In this document: piece after piece, positions 25,513 to 39,933 of the stretch | How positions within the stretch are numbered: position 1 is the stretch's first letter | How the letters are laid out: the number at the start of each line of letters is the position of its first letter | From: Eledone cirrhosa | Lineage: Eukaryota | NCBI GenBank assembly: GCA_964016885.1 | Contig: OZ024751.1 | Coordinates: forward strand, 28,768,001 to 28,832,000 | Direction: 5' to 3' | DNA: 64,000 nucleotides | Position numbers and translations under genes: made by a program | Notes under the pieces: generated by a model | What the model saw: only the letters and a program-made list of their open reading frames with translations | Told to the model about the DNA's origin: nothing | Database searches by the model: none

Positions 25513-26677
25513 TTCTAAAAGAAATATTAGTATTATGATAACAAAAGGGTTAAAGTATTTATATTTATTAAAAGATTTTCAATCATAAACCTTTATTATG
25601 TTATGTTCTAAACACCAGCTCAATAACAAGTTAGTTATATTACTAAATTCCTCCAAATTCTTGATTATTTTCAAAATTATTCAAAAATCATAGGCAGTGT
25701 CTTTCATTAGAAATATGGATGGTAACGAAAGGGCTAACATATAATATGTACTTGGTACAAAAGTGTGAATCACTCAGCAGTTAAGATCTCAAATCCAATA
25801 GAAGAAGAAGAAGAAGAAAAAGAAAAAGAAGAAGAAGAAGAAGAAGAAGAAGAAGAAGAAAGAATAAGAAAGAGAATGTTTCCTTTTAATACAGTATTTG
25901 GCAATCATGAAGAAATTGATGCTGAAAGATATAGAGCAGTAATAAATGGCCAAATGGCCAATCCAAACTCTCGTAACCACAGACATTTCAATCTAATGAA
26001 ACAGAAAGAGAAGCAGGCTAAATGAAATAAATGAAGACAATGCCTGGAGGGGTTTTGTAGTATCAGAAACTCTTGAAATGTCTCTCAATGTTGCCTCAAG
26101 CTAGAACCATTGACTCTGTGAAGAAGGTGTTCTTCATATCACTTTCAGCTCTATTTCACCGAATCATATATGACAAAACAACTAAACTTAGCTACAGGCT
26201 AACTGTTGAACTGACCAGCTTCACTCTCTCTCTCTCTCTCTCTTGCCTTCTCTCACCCACTGGTCTATTTTATTCTCTCTCTCCCTTACTCTCTCTTGCT
26301 CTATCTCTCTCTCTCTCTCCCAGCTTCTCTCTTGCACTCTCTCTCTCTCTTACTCTCTCTTGCTCTATCTCTCTCTCTCTCTCTCTTACTTTCTCTCTAT
26401 CTCCCCCCTCTCTCTCTCTCTCCCAGGTCCATTTTATTCCAACAAAGTAACACTAACAGTCCTAATGGCACAAGAATACTTTCAGATCTAATTATACAAT
26501 CTGTTCTTCTCCTTCTTCTTCTCTAACATATCATTACAATAAATAGATGATAAAAAACAAAACACACAACAATAACATCAATAACTACAATTTCTATGAA
26601 ACACAACATAATTGCTGAATACATATTTACCAATTATGTCAATGTACAAATATTATGTAACTATAACCTGTTAAGTG

Positions 26678-26727
<50 letters not shown>

Positions 26728-26762
26728 TGGTGGTAGTGGTGGTGGTACCACAAAAAAACAAG

Positions 26763-26798
<36 letters not shown>

Positions 26799-27139
26799 TC
26801 ATCATTGTTTAACGGTTTAACGTCTATCTTCCACGCTAGCATGGGTTAGACAGGAATTGTCCCACTTGAGGCAAGACTGGTCAGGTGACCGTGTCTCGCT
26901 CGTATAGGATTGCATCTGGCAGGTTTTCTACAGCTGGATGCCCTTCCTAACACCAACCACATTTACAGTGTTGGCTGGGAGAAACATTATGACTCTTTTC
27001 CTACTATACCAAGCATTAAACTAATATATTTCTATTCCTTCATTGTACTGTGTCATTTGCTTTGTTATTTCAGTTTGCCTTTTGCATATATATATATATA
27101 TATATGTGTGTGTGTATATATGTGTGTGTGTGTATATTT

Positions 27140-27497
27140 TCATTTCATTTCATTTCATTTCATTTCATTTCATTTTTTACGTCCGCTTTTTCCTGCTTGC
27201 AAGGGTGGGACGGGAACTGATTCTGGCTTGATTTCTACAGCTGGATGCCCTTCCTAACACCAACCTCATTTACAGTGAGTGCTGGGTGCTTTTTTGCCAT
27301 GGCACCCCCACGACCAATCTGCAGTGGAATGATATGGACCCCAGTCCCTATCATCTCATTTCTACAGCTGAGTAAACTGGAGCAATGTGAAATAAAGTGT
27401 CTTGCTCAAGGAAACAACAGATCACCCGGTCTGAGAATTGAACTCACAACCTTTTGATTGCAAGGTCAATGCTCTAACCACTAAGCCATGTGCCTCC
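27140..27497 (-). mobile_element. Full-length family B CORE-type SINE with (AAATG)n tail
   Basis: Near-identical to 49927-50262 and 55963-56310; tRNA-like head with A and B boxes; core resembles the MIR CORE domain. Confidence 0.92.
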
Positions 27498-28167
27498 ATA
27501 TATATATATATATATATAATTACAGGAGCATTTGTGTGTGTGTATGTCTAATTTAATGTTACAATGTTTCATTTGCAACTGTGACTGTCATTGTTTCCGG
27601 CTCTCACACCATCAATTAAACTCCACACCAAAATTCCACAACACAAGTATGAATCTAAACTCTGACAGAGACAAACAATATAATTAACTTTTCTTTAATT
27701 AAAAACGCATCAGAAAAAGAAAAAGAAACACAGCCAAACGAACACTAATTACATCACAAAATACTTCTAGGTATAAACCATCAGCAATATACCTCCTGAA
27801 ACGAAGTTTTTGCTTTGATTTCTTTTAAAAGAGAATCCAATTTCCTCTAACTTCCCAGATTTTAGAAATTTAAATTGCTTTATTTTTATTGTATTTCTAT
27901 CAAACAGTTGCAATTGTGCATGTTTTTACTAGTAATTGATTTTAAATAAAAAGTATAAACTATCCAGCCAATAAATGCCCCTGTGTCTGGTTCCTCTGAT
28001 GAGTTTTAAGATAAATATTGTATATAGAATGCAGGAGAAAAATATAATACTATATAAAATTGTACAAAATGCAATGCTGTCGTCACTAGAAGCAATATTA
28101 TCATAATTTTATGGAAGACTTCTATTTCTTACTATGACATAGACATTATAATTAAATCAGAAATAAT

Positions 28168-28355
28168 AACAATAATAATTGTTTTTACTTTAGGCACAAG
28201 GCCAGCAATTATCCCAGTGCATTACTGGTACTTTATTATACTTAAGGATGAAAGGCAAAGATAACCTCGGTGGGATTTGAACTCAGAACATAAAGGGCCA
28301 TAACTCTATGCTGCAAAGCAAGGTGTCTGACACTCTATCGATACTGCCAATCCTC
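28168..28355 (-). mobile_element. Family A SINE with internal deletion
   Basis: ggcacaaggccagcaatt...ggatgaaaggcaaag...gggatttgaactcag...cgatactgccaa. Confidence 0.85.
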
Positions 28356-29384
28356 TAAGCCCTTATGTGTGTTTCAAATAATGATAAAAATAGAAAGTCT
28401 TTTATGTCCCTCTATATTCTGAGTTCATATCTAACTGATATCCATAATGGCTTCCATCCGTTGCTGGTTTGATAACATAAATTACATGTCAAAATACAAG
28501 AACCCATCAATGACTGTGGAGGCAGCAATGCAACTGATGGCAGTGGGCCAATGGTAGATAATGCCTGTGCTAGAAACAATTCATTATCTTCTTAAACAGG
28601 ACATTGACATTGTAGAGCATATATCATTAGTATTCCCAAAAGATTTAAATGCATATTGAGAAAAAAAAATTATATATATACATATATACATATACACGCA
28701 CATATATATACACACACATATATATATATACACACGCAGTTATTTCTTCAACTATATATATATATATATATATATAGTCTAACCCATGCTAGCATGGAAG
28801 ATAGACGTTAAACGATGACGGTGACGATGATATATATATATATAATTATAAGGCAGTCTCATTTTAACTAATTAACTGGAAAATTTCAAAGATTCTTCTT
28901 CCTTTCAAATGCTTTATTTTTATACTAAAGTTGATTTAATCAGCTATAACCCCGCCCCACCCCGCACCAATCCACCCTCCACCATACCCTCTTCTACATG
29001 AATTAGCCTTATTCAAATCAATAATTGACAATTATATCACAACTGGTTGAAGAATTGGACTAAAGAATTTAGAACTTAGAGCAATATTATTGCTGATAGT
29101 TTAGTTTGTTACTTTATAAAGAAAAGAAATGAGCTGCGTACTGAGTGAGGGAAGGGCTCCGCCAGGTGTAAAGTTCCCAAAGTATGCTGTATGTGAGGAA
29201 GGGCATCATTACAATCTCACCAGTAGAAATTAAGGCCCCTGCTGAGTTTAAAGAGCTCAAGATATGCTATGTGTTAGGAATGACATACTTAAGACTTCAG
29301 TCACAGGAATTAAGGGCTCTGCCAGGTTTAAAGTTCCCAAGGTATGCTGTAGGTCCGGAATGGCATCCTTATGACCATCAACCA

Positions 29385-29710
29385 ACATCATGATCCCCAC
29401 TCCCACCCTCATCATCATCATCATCACTATCACTATCACACCCATCACCAACATCATCATCCCCACTACCACCACCATCACCATTCATCACCACCATCCC
29501 CACCACCACCACCATCATCATCAACCCCATCACCACTATCATCATCATCATCATCATCCCCATCACCATCACCATCATCATCATCATCACACCCACCTCC
29601 ATCACCATCATCCCCACCACCATCATCATCATCATCCCCACCACCACCATCATCATCATCCCCACCACCACCACCACCATCCCCACCACCACCACCATCA
29701 CCATCATCAT
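29385..29710. repeat. Compound (CAT)/(CAC) array
   Basis: Direct inspection; source of the poly-His, poly-Pro and poly-Ser ORFs. Confidence 0.95.
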
Positions 29711-29818
29711 ATTTACTGTTATATTACCCTATCCTACAGTGTCTGCTATTCCGAGTGAATCTAGTTTATTTCCAACAACTGTAACAGGACAAGATGTGAA
29801 TTTTAAAACGAAAAAAGA

Positions 29819-29895
<77 letters not shown>

Positions 29896-29966
29896 ATGAA
29901 GACAAGATAGTGAGAGAGAGAGAATGAAGAGAGAGAGTGTGTGTGAGAGAGAGAGCAAGAGAGAGG

Positions 29967-30004
<38 letters not shown>

Positions 30005-30700
30005 GAGATAGATAGAGAGAGAGAGAGAAAGTGATGGACAGAGCAAGAGAGAATGTGAGGGAGAGAGAGAACAAGGGGAGAGAGAGAGAGAGAGAGAGAG
30101 ATGGAGATGAGAGGTGGGGGTAGGATAGATAGGTAGGTAGGCATTTTGGGTGTATGTGCGATCATAATTATTATACCTCTTTTCTTTAATATCTCACACA
30201 AACATTACAGACAGGGTTACATGACTATTTATAGAGAAAAATTTAGCATAGAGGCAGTATTAAATAAGTATGTATGATGTAGTAGATCTGAAAATTGAAG
30301 TAATCCGTAGCATCAAAAGATTAGAAAACAAGGCTGGGTTTAAGCTGCTTGTACTGACAACTAGAAAACTGCTATAACACCAGACCAGACCAGCCAGCTT
30401 TTTCGACAACACTGTGTGTCTTTCTCTGCAATAACAAATCTGCCTGTCAGTGGCCCATGTTGTGAACAGCTTAAAGATTAAAATCAAGAGAGAGAGAGAG
30501 AGTGAAAGAGAGAGAGATTGAGAGAGGGAGAGATGTATATAAAGAGAGACAAACTAAAGCATAATTCAGGGTTTTATATAGATAGATATTACTTGTTAAA
30601 ATTATTTCATAATTAGTTTTCCTTTTATATTTAGCAAGGAAAATGGACGTTAAATGATGATGATGCTGATGTGATTTTATATATATATATACACACACAT

Positions 30701-30742
<42 letters not shown>

Positions 30743-31519
30743 GTGTATATATATATATATTATATATATGTATATATATATATATATGTGTGTGTGTATA
30801 TATATATGTATATATATATATATAATATATGTATGTGTGTGTATATATATATATGTATATAAACACACACACAACACACAAAGACTGACAACATTTTTTT
30901 TAATGAATATGAATTAGAAATATACCCCCCCCCCCAAACAAAAGAAAAATCATCACTCTTTTGATAACAAACCACCTGAAACTCTCCCCCACCCCTCTGG
31001 TTTTAGGGTACAAAACTGTTAGTTTTAAAGTGTTTATATTCATATTAAAACCTTCATCCATTTCCTCTCTTGGAAAAGAGGTCCTAAAGCTTTAAATATC
31101 ATGTTTTGGCTTACTTTACTCTTTCATTTCTAGCTTGCATTGTTCTGGCATTGCCCACACCCATCTCCGAATTCTTAACCACATGTTTCACAATGCTTTA
31201 TGTAAACTATTCTATTGATGTAAGAACATTTGTTAAATGAGATTCCAAACACCAATTTACTAATCAAAAAGTTTGTTATATTACTAAATTCCTCCAAATT
31301 TTTCATTATCATTTTCATAATTAATTGATACTACTACATTGGTAGAGTCTTTTATAAAAACTATGGTAATTTAGGTTTCTTGAGAACATGGAATTTCGTT
31401 GATGTAAAAACTTTTTGTTAAGTTATGTTCCAAGCACCAACTTAATAACGAAGGAATTATCAATTTCAAAACTAATTCAAACACATTAGACTTCTTCCAA
31501 ATATGGTATTATGTTTTGT

Positions 31520-31772
31520 ATTAAGAGATCACAGCTCCGGTATTATGGGCATGTGGTTAGAATGTCTCAGGAAAGAATTACTGGACAGACTTTAAGGGCA
31601 AAACCAACTAGCAGTAGACCCAAGGGTAGTCCCTGAGCAAAATGGTTGGGTAACATCCATGAGCATGGCTTGTCTTGCTTGAGGGAACCATCTGGATCAA
31701 TTGGAGATGGTTGCTTCTAACAAGACCTGCTGGAAGGAGTATTTGCGGACTCTGGCCCCTACAACCCTCTCA
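31520..31772 (+). mobile_element. RTE-clade (Expander/Rex3-like) LINE 3' fragment
   Basis: Translates KRSQLRYYGHVVRMSQERITGQTLRAKPTSSRPKGSP*AKWLGNIHE; a second copy lies at 53185-53412. Confidence 0.82.
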
Positions 31773-31927
31773 GGGAGGAGGAGGAGGAGGAGGAGGAGGA
31801 GGAGGAGGAGAAGAAAAAGAAGAAGAAGAAGAAGAAGAAGAAGAAAGCCACTGACTTAGAATAATTAAATGGTTAAATAAAGGGAAAGAAAAGAAAAGCA
31901 ATTGGATGGTGTGATGGAATGTTCTAT

Positions 31928-31987
<60 letters not shown>

Positions 31988-32117
31988 AAATTGAAACATA
32001 TTTCTAATGAAAATATGTCTAATGAACACAACAGAAATATGCACATATCAAACTATTTATTTCTAATTTGATCTGCTTCTCTCGGACCAATTCCAGCAGC
32101 AAGTGAAATAGTTCTTA

Positions 32118-32152
<35 letters not shown>

Positions 32153-32253
32153 CAACAATAGTAATAACGAAGCACACATGCACAGACTTAGTAAAAAAAA
32201 AAAAAACTAGTGATGGGAATGACTGATTGACTGACTCTAGAAATATTAATTTC

Positions 32254-32296
<43 letters not shown>

Positions 32297-32664
32297 TAAT
32301 AATGGAAATGATGATGATGATGATGCCTGACTAGCACAAAGTGATTAATGTTTTAAAGTTGATAAGAATTTTAAATTAATGACCCATAAAGAACACACAC
32401 AAAAATAATAACAACAACAACAATACATGATGTAGTTAAAAAAAAGAACTAGAGGGAGAGGGATGGGGGAGGGGGATATGTTGTTGTTACAAGTTTTTAA
32501 TTTTAGTTTGCCTTCAACCACTGCTTCTTGCTTAGTTGCTACATCATAAGTATATACTTTTGAATAATTTGTGAGAGAGAGAGAGAGAGAGGGGGAGAGG
32601 GAGAACTAGAAAGATAGAGAGAGAACTAGATAGATAGAGAGAAGGAGAGCTAGAAAGAGAGATA

Positions 32665-32715
<51 letters not shown>

Positions 32716-32818
32716 CTAGAGAGAGGGAGGGAGCTAGAGGGAGAGAGAGAGAGAGCTAGAGGGAGAGAGAGAGCTAGAGGGAGAGAGCTAGAGAGAGAGA
32801 GAGCTAGAAAGAGAGATA

Positions 32819-32871
<53 letters not shown>

Positions 32872-33209
32872 CTAGAGAGAGGGAGGGAGCTAGAGGGAGA
32901 GAGAGAGAGAGCTAGAGGGAGAGAGCTAGAGAGAGAGAGAGAGCTAGAGAGAAAGAGGGAGCTAGAGAGAGAGAGAGAGAGAGCAGAAGAGACAGAGAGA
33001 AGTGGCGAGATCTCCTCTGCTTAATTAGAAGTCTTTTAATAAATAAAAAACACAATCACAGTATAGACGGTTGGTTTGAAAACTAATTAGAGAAAGCCGA
33101 AGCAACGAAATGGAAGACACCAATGATTATATTTGTCTAAAGATGACTGACAAAAATCTATGTAATGTCAGTCAGCAGTAATATAATGAACAATACTGAT
33201 GAGTGTATT

Positions 33210-33480
33210 CTTTTAGACTGGTTTCACTCATTTCACTCTGGCCATGCTGGAGTACAGTCATTTTTTTTTTTTTGTTCGTTAGTTTTTTGAGTTTTATTTT
33301 TGTCAAACTGTTAAGATATAGGACATAGACTGGTTTGACTCATTTCACTCTGGCCATGCTGGAGTACAGTAAATATTTTTTTTAAAACCTGGTACTTATT
33401 TTATTGTGTTTTTGTCTTGTTTTTTTTTTGGGGGGGGGGGGGCGTTGTTTTTTGTCAAACTGTGAAGATATGGGACATAA
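33210..33480. repeat. ~115-bp local duplication of an interspersed-repeat fragment
   Basis: tagactggttt.actcatttcactctggccatgctggagtacagt...tttttgtcaaactgt.aagatat.ggacata occurs twice. Confidence 0.8.
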
Positions 33481-34213
33481 ACACAGATACAAATATAAAC
33501 AAAGACATGAATACACACACACACACACATATATATATATATTTCAAAATGTTGAAACCTCCTCCACTTCCACCAAGTGTGAACCTAATATGTATGTATG
33601 TATGTATGGTCCCGTAACTCCTGATAGATTTTTATGGGCGACGTATCGACATACAGCTTTTCTTCGGCATTTTAAGCTTGGCAGAGTCCATCCTTCTCCA
33701 GGCCTAAACTAGATAACCTAATATAACTGTGTAAAATTGCATCCTGTGTTTTGTTTGCTTCATTTATTAACTAATGTATATATATATATATATATATATA
33801 TAATGTATATATATGTATGTACTAGAGGGTCAGGCCCTGGCAGCTGAGCTCTTGCCATTTTGATAACAAATTCCAAACAATACATATATATATCATCATC
33901 ATTTTACATCCACTTTTTTCAATGATTGCATGTGTGGGACACACACACACACACATATATATATATCATCATCATCATCGTTTTACGTCCATTCTTCCAC
34001 CCTAACATGGGTTAGACGGGATATATATATATACACAGACATCTAGCGGCATGTATCCCAGTTTTTAGAATAAGTAGACCATATCCTTGCATATCGTAAG
34101 AGGCAACTAAAATGGAACCTGTCTGTAAGGGATCCTGTCTGTAAAAGACAACATCTCAAAACATTCCGTCCAGCCCATGCTTACAAGGAAAAGTGGTCGA
34201 CAACAACATCAAC

Positions 34214-34264
<51 letters not shown>

Positions 34265-34742
34265 GACGATGATGACGACGATGATGATGATATGACAGGC
34301 TTCTGTAGCTTCCATCTACTAAATTTCACTCACAATGTATTATTAGTGATTTGAGTAGAAGAGTGAGGGCAAAGGAAGTTGGAATGGAAATGCTTTCAAC
34401 AAAGGCATTATAAGAATGAATATAGCCGTAACAGTGAAATAGTGAAATCTTTCTTCTATATTTATAAGAATTAAAATGAGGTCATGGATTAGGCTTGTAG
34501 ATAGCACCACTGCGGTAATAAAAATAATTGATTCATACACATGTACAAGGAACCATAACCCTTTTGTTATCATGATTCTAATAAAAGACACTGCTGATGA
34601 TTTGCAAATCATTTATAAAGATTTACTAATAGAACTAAATTTCTCATTATTTAGCTGGTGTTTGGGGAATAGTTTTAGTTTTACAAAATGTCTTACATAA
34701 AATTATGATGGAAGGTTTTTTTGATAAATATAAACACTTTAA

Positions 34743-35110
34743 CCCATTTGTTACCATATTTTTAATGAAAGATACTGCCTATAAATATTTTCAAATAATT
34801 TCCAAAATAATCAAGAATTTTAAGTTATTTAGTAATATAAATAACCTTCTTATTATCAAGCTCCTGTTTGGAACATAACTTAAGAAAGGTTCTTACTTAA
34901 AATTATGATGGGAGAGTTTAAAATAAATATAAACACTAAAACAAAACAGTTCCATATCCTAGAACCATGGGCAGTTTGGAACATAACTTAAAAAAGGTTC
35001 TTAAATAAAATTATGATGGAAGGGTTTAAAATAAATATAAACACTTTAAGACAAAACATTTCCATATCCTAGAGCAGGGGGCAATTTCAGGCAGTTTCAT
35101 AATAAAAGAG
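34743..35110 (+). mobile_element. piggyBac-like MITE family 2, near full length with internal duplication (other copies near 25545-25740, 30955-31510, 34575-34740, 43005-43117 and 54750-55120)
   Basis: TTAA|CCCATT ... AAAGAG|TTAA; the block tttggaacataactta...aattatgatgg occurs twice. Confidence 0.75.
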
Positions 35111-35511
35111 TTAAAGGAATGGTTATCAGAAATATGTCATGATTGTCTTTATTCACGAAGGTATTAACAATTTAAGTGCAGCAATATAGAACTGAATGGA
35201 AAATCAAAACCACATGAATGGGAGCAGTGTTGAAAACTGTTGTAGATAATTATAATTATAATGATGTCTTTATAAGCAACACAGGGCTTACATTAAGAGG
35301 ACAATAAAGATGGTACATGATGGTAGTGTGAGTTTTTTTGTCTGAGAGAAAGTTTTATAAAGAAAACTAAAAACTAAAATAATAACAACAATAAGACAGC
35401 CTGTAATTACTAGAGACAGAGAAAAAAAACACCTTTAGGGATATATGTATGTGTATATATATATATATGTGTGTGTGTGTGTGCATGAGTATATATGTGT
35501 ATGTATGTGTA

Positions 35512-35568
<57 letters not shown>

Positions 35569-36096
35569 GAGTGTGTGTGTATAAGTATATATATATATAT
35601 GTGTGTATGTATATATATATATATACATGCGTGTGTATATATGTATGTAGCTGTGTATATATGTCACAAAAGTATAATAACAAGAGGATTCAACACCACT
35701 ACTTAAACACACATAGGGGAAAAAGAGAAACGAAGGAAGATATTAAAAGTGTCTTTGTGTCTTTACAACAGCAAATTCCTTAGACTTTGGTACCAGAAAT
35801 TCTGGTACATATCATTAAGAGTTCTGCCACCTGTCTTTTAGTAAAATGCCAAGATACTTAAAGAATGGAAGAAGAAGAAGAGAGAAGAGTGAAGAGCGAA
35901 GAGCTGGAAAATGCTATTATTTAAACGAAAATGAAAGCCTGATATTATATTATAGTTGGTGACGGGAAGATACTTGGAATAAAACTGTACGATCTTCTCA
36001 AGTAACCTGTACAGCAATTTGAGAAAGGAGGGAGACATGAAATACAAAATATACTACTACTACTACTACTATTAATAATAATAATAATAATAACAA

Positions 36097-36134
<38 letters not shown>

Positions 36135-36974
36135 ATGATAAAAAGGGGTTTAAGACTATAGTTTAGGTGGCAAAATTGAGGAGATGGTTGCAATGAAATG
36201 TGGTGTGTGTTTGTGTGTGTGTGCGTGTTTGTGTGTGTGTGCGTGTATGTGTGTGTGTTCAACAAATTTAGTGAAAATGAGTGGCTCTTCAATTGGCGAC
36301 TTCTAGTTTGAATGGGATAATGAATGGGATCATTAATAGACAAAAGGATAATTGATAGAAATCTCAAGCTATCTATGTTCACTGTGTGTGTGTGTGTGTG
36401 CGTGCGTGTGTGTGTGTCTATGTGTGTGTATGTCTGTGTGTGTAAGTCTCTCTTCTACCTCCACCCACCACAAAAGAAAATTGCATGGCAAAGGCAAAAA
36501 GGCAACATTAGCACCTGCTTCTCCGAAGGGACATTAAAGTTCTCCCCTTTTTATGAATGAATCAGAAGTGGTTTTAATGAAGGAGTTAGAAAGGTGAAGT
36601 GACAGATGTCACCAGCACAGCTATAATGGATGAAGTAATGGGAATAAGGAGGACAAGGACAACGAAAGAAGGAAGAAAGATAATGAGGATGACGATGACG
36701 ATGATGATGACGATGATGATGATGATGATGATGATGACGATGATGACGGCAAAGGAAAGCAGGTATGAAATGCTGGAAAGAGGAAAGAAAAAGAGACACA
36801 CGAAGAAGAGTTGACATTATAGAGTGTAAAAACCCACCTTAAGAATACTAAATAAGTGGGAGGAAGAGGGAGAGGGAAAAGGAAGAGGGAAGAGGCAAGA
36901 GTGAAAGCCTGAAAGAAGTGTGTAAATTGAGACGGAGCTGGAGATAGAGAAGGAGCTGACAGAGAGGTATATGA

Positions 36975-37105
36975 TGTTACCCTGTCAATCATAGCTCGGT
37001 TAATCACTTCCGGACCACACGAGCTCCTTACAGGAGGGTCCAGAGTTGTGAAATCTCCAATCATGTTACAAAGTGCAATGTTTATCATTTCTTGGTGGAC
37101 TTAAT
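36975..37105. promoter_or_regulatory. Candidate enhancer/promoter motif cluster (PBX-MEIS/PREP, ETS, CCAAT, homeodomain, Sox/Fox-like)
   Basis: TGATTGACAG on the minus strand (36982-36991), TTAATC, CCGGAAGTG on the minus strand (37005-37013), CCAATCA (37057-37063), ACAAAG and TGTTTAT, all within ~110 bp of non-repetitive sequence. Motif match only. Confidence 0.35.
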
Positions 37106-37799
37106 GGGGTGGGGTGGGGTGGGGTGGGATGGGATGGGATGGGATGGGATGGTTTAGTAACCATAAGAAGCAGGGGTTGGTGTGGTGGAAGGAAGAAAAG
37201 AGGCTTAGCTCTGTTAATAACAAACCCTATACCATACACCCCCCACCCCACCACCACCAACCCTGTATATGTGAGCCAGAATAAGTCACCAATGTCAACC
37301 AGCACCAATACCAATAAGTAGAGGAAATGGAGCAGGGAGGAGGGAGGGGTATAAAGAATGTGTCATTTATAACTCATGATGAGGACCAAAAATTATGCCA
37401 TTCTTTGTTATTTTACTTTTTACTGTATAATACTAATTACAATCTAGTTTCGAAAGTTTATAATTACATACGCCATTTTATTTGTTTCCTACCTACTGAG
37501 TTCTCTTCAGTGATGTCCCCTTTACTTTATTTGATATAAATCCTAATCTGTCTTGTCCTCATATTGTTTTCAAATATCTTAAAACCCTTTATCATCATCA
37601 TCATCATCATCACCGTTTTACGTCCGTTCTTCCACGCTAGCATGGGTTAGACGGGTTGTCCTGTTGTGGGCAGTGTCTGGTCGGCTGACCTTGTCTTGCT
37701 CATACAGGAACTGATTTTGGCTTGATTTCTACAGCTGGATGGCCTTCCTAACACCAACCTCATTTACAGTGAGTGCTTGTGTCCAATAAAAGAAATATT

Positions 37800-37950
37800 C
37801 TGATTTCAAATCCTGCCAAGGTTAGTTTTTCCTTTCATCCTTACGGGGTCAATAAAATAAAGCACCAGTAATACACTAGGGTCGATATAATCAACAATTC
37901 CCTGCCCTAAAATTGGTGGCCTTGTGCCTATATAAGAAACCATTATTATT
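37800..37950 (+). mobile_element. Family A SINE, 5'-truncated
   Basis: ttcaaatcctgccaagg...cctttcatccttacggggtcaataaaataaag...ggccttgtgccta. Confidence 0.8.
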
Positions 37951-38261
37951 CTGATTTCAAATCTTGCCGTTGTCCCCTCTCTTTTATTTGATGTATACCC
38001 TAATCTATCCTGTTTTGTCATTGCATTGTCCCCTAATGTCTTTGAACCCTTGAGGCCAATAACTAAAATCATTCCCTTAAACATTTCTTAGGGATTTTTG
38101 ATTTTTTGTTTGTTTGTTTGTTTCAGAAAAACAATATCACAGACAAACACACACACACACATTCACAGATATAGACAGAGAGAGAAACACACACAGACAC
38201 ACACACTCAGATACAAACACACACAGACATACACATACAAACAGAAAGAATATATATATAT

Positions 38262-38449
38262 ATCATCATCATCATCATTTTACGTCCGCTTTTCCTTGCT
38301 TGCAAGGGTGGGACGGGAACTGATTCTGGCTTGATTTCTACAGCTGGATGCCCTTCCTAACACCAACCTCATTTACAGTGAGTGCTGGGTGCTTTTTTTG
38401 CCTTGGCACCTCCACGACCACTTTGCAGTGGAATGATAGGACTCCAGTG
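38262..38449 (-). mobile_element. Family B SINE 3' half
   Basis: Matches the corresponding part of 49927-50110 closely. Confidence 0.9.
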
Positions 38450-38450
38450 T

Positions 38451-38484
<34 letters not shown>

Positions 38485-38488
38485 ATAC

Positions 38489-38551
<63 letters not shown>

Positions 38552-38928
38552 CAAAAATATATATATATATACATATATATATATACATATATATATATAC
38601 ATATATACATATATATATATATACACAGATATCCACGGTAAGTTGTATATATATATATGTATGTATGTATGTATATATCTATATACACATGTATTTACTG
38701 AACTTTCTGCATATATATATAGAAAGAGAGAGACAGAGAGAGAGGTAGGTTATAGAGATATTTATTCAAAATATCAATGTAATGAAGAGAATTTTAATAC
38801 CAGTAGAAAGTATAAAATAGAACATAGGAATTAAATAAAAATCTTTTAGAATTTAATGAAGAAAAATATCATAATTTCACTGAACCATTTAAAAGTAACA
38901 AACATATATCATTTTATATATATATATA

Positions 38929-38964
<36 letters not shown>

Positions 38965-39032
38965 CGAGTATATATATCAAGCAGGGAAAACTGGACGGAA
39001 AAAATATATATATATATATGTGTGTGTGTGTG

Positions 39033-39089
<57 letters not shown>

Positions 39090-39222
39090 CTATATGTATT
39101 TGTATATATTTATGTGTGTATATAAATATGTATATTTATATATGTATGTATGCATGTTTATATATACATAACTGTGTGCTTATACATACACACATATATA
39201 TATATATAAGTGTGTGTGTGTG

Positions 39223-39258
<36 letters not shown>

Positions 39259-39280
39259 CATACACACACACACATTTTCC

Positions 39281-39322
<42 letters not shown>

Positions 39323-39478
39323 CACCCATTTCCACATATATACGAGAATGTCAAGCAAGCCATTTAATTTCGGCAGCAAGAATTTAATAAAGCATAAAAG
39401 AGACAAAGTGTATATGAAAGAGGAAGGATATTATTATGAACTGTGAGGTTGATGCCAGCTCCATGTTCACCAACTTAC

Positions 39479-39606
39479 TTCAAAGACATAAGCCTGTTCA
39501 GTAATAATACACCAACACACAAATCCCCTATCGCCTCCACCCTCACCACTTCCTCACTAATAATACCCAACAACATACCCATGGCCACCACCAACACCAA
39601 CGTCAT
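39479..39606 (-). other. Weak candidate exon ending at a consensus donor
   Basis: Minus strand TTGAA|GTAAGT; upstream open frame MTLVLVVAMGMLLGIISEEVVRVEAIGDLCVGVLLLNRLMSL, with GCCATGG at the second Met. An alternative reading is a 15-nt microexon cag|GCTTATGTCTTTGAA|gt. Confidence 0.2.
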
Positions 39607-39785
39607 CACCGTTGTCGACTCTTCACATATAATACTCTGCAAGCAGCCCCTCCATCACCCTTTGTTACCTTCTTCCACTGCTCCTATCTCCCTATCTCTC
39701 CCCCCTCCCCGTGTAAAAAACAAAAACAAAAAAACCTTTGCTACAAAAGACAGTTTCATTTCAACATAATTCCGCTAATATATAA

Positions 39786-39822
<37 letters not shown>

Positions 39823-39874
39823 CATATTTGTGTGTGTGTGTGTGTATATATACATATATATTTGTGTTTGCATG

Positions 39875-39933
<59 letters not shown>

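Noticed and set aside
25765-26025. 86-aa acidic ORF and plus-strand acceptor ttccttttaatacag
   Set aside because: The acidic run is a (GAA)n microsatellite, and the remainder has no recognisable homology or donor.
33610-33775. Possible further hammerhead/PLE remnants (ctgataga...atcgaca here; ctgaagaag on the minus strand near 46980; ctgatgag at about 27996 and 33196)
   Set aside because: The GAAA core or stem II is missing; too degenerate to support.
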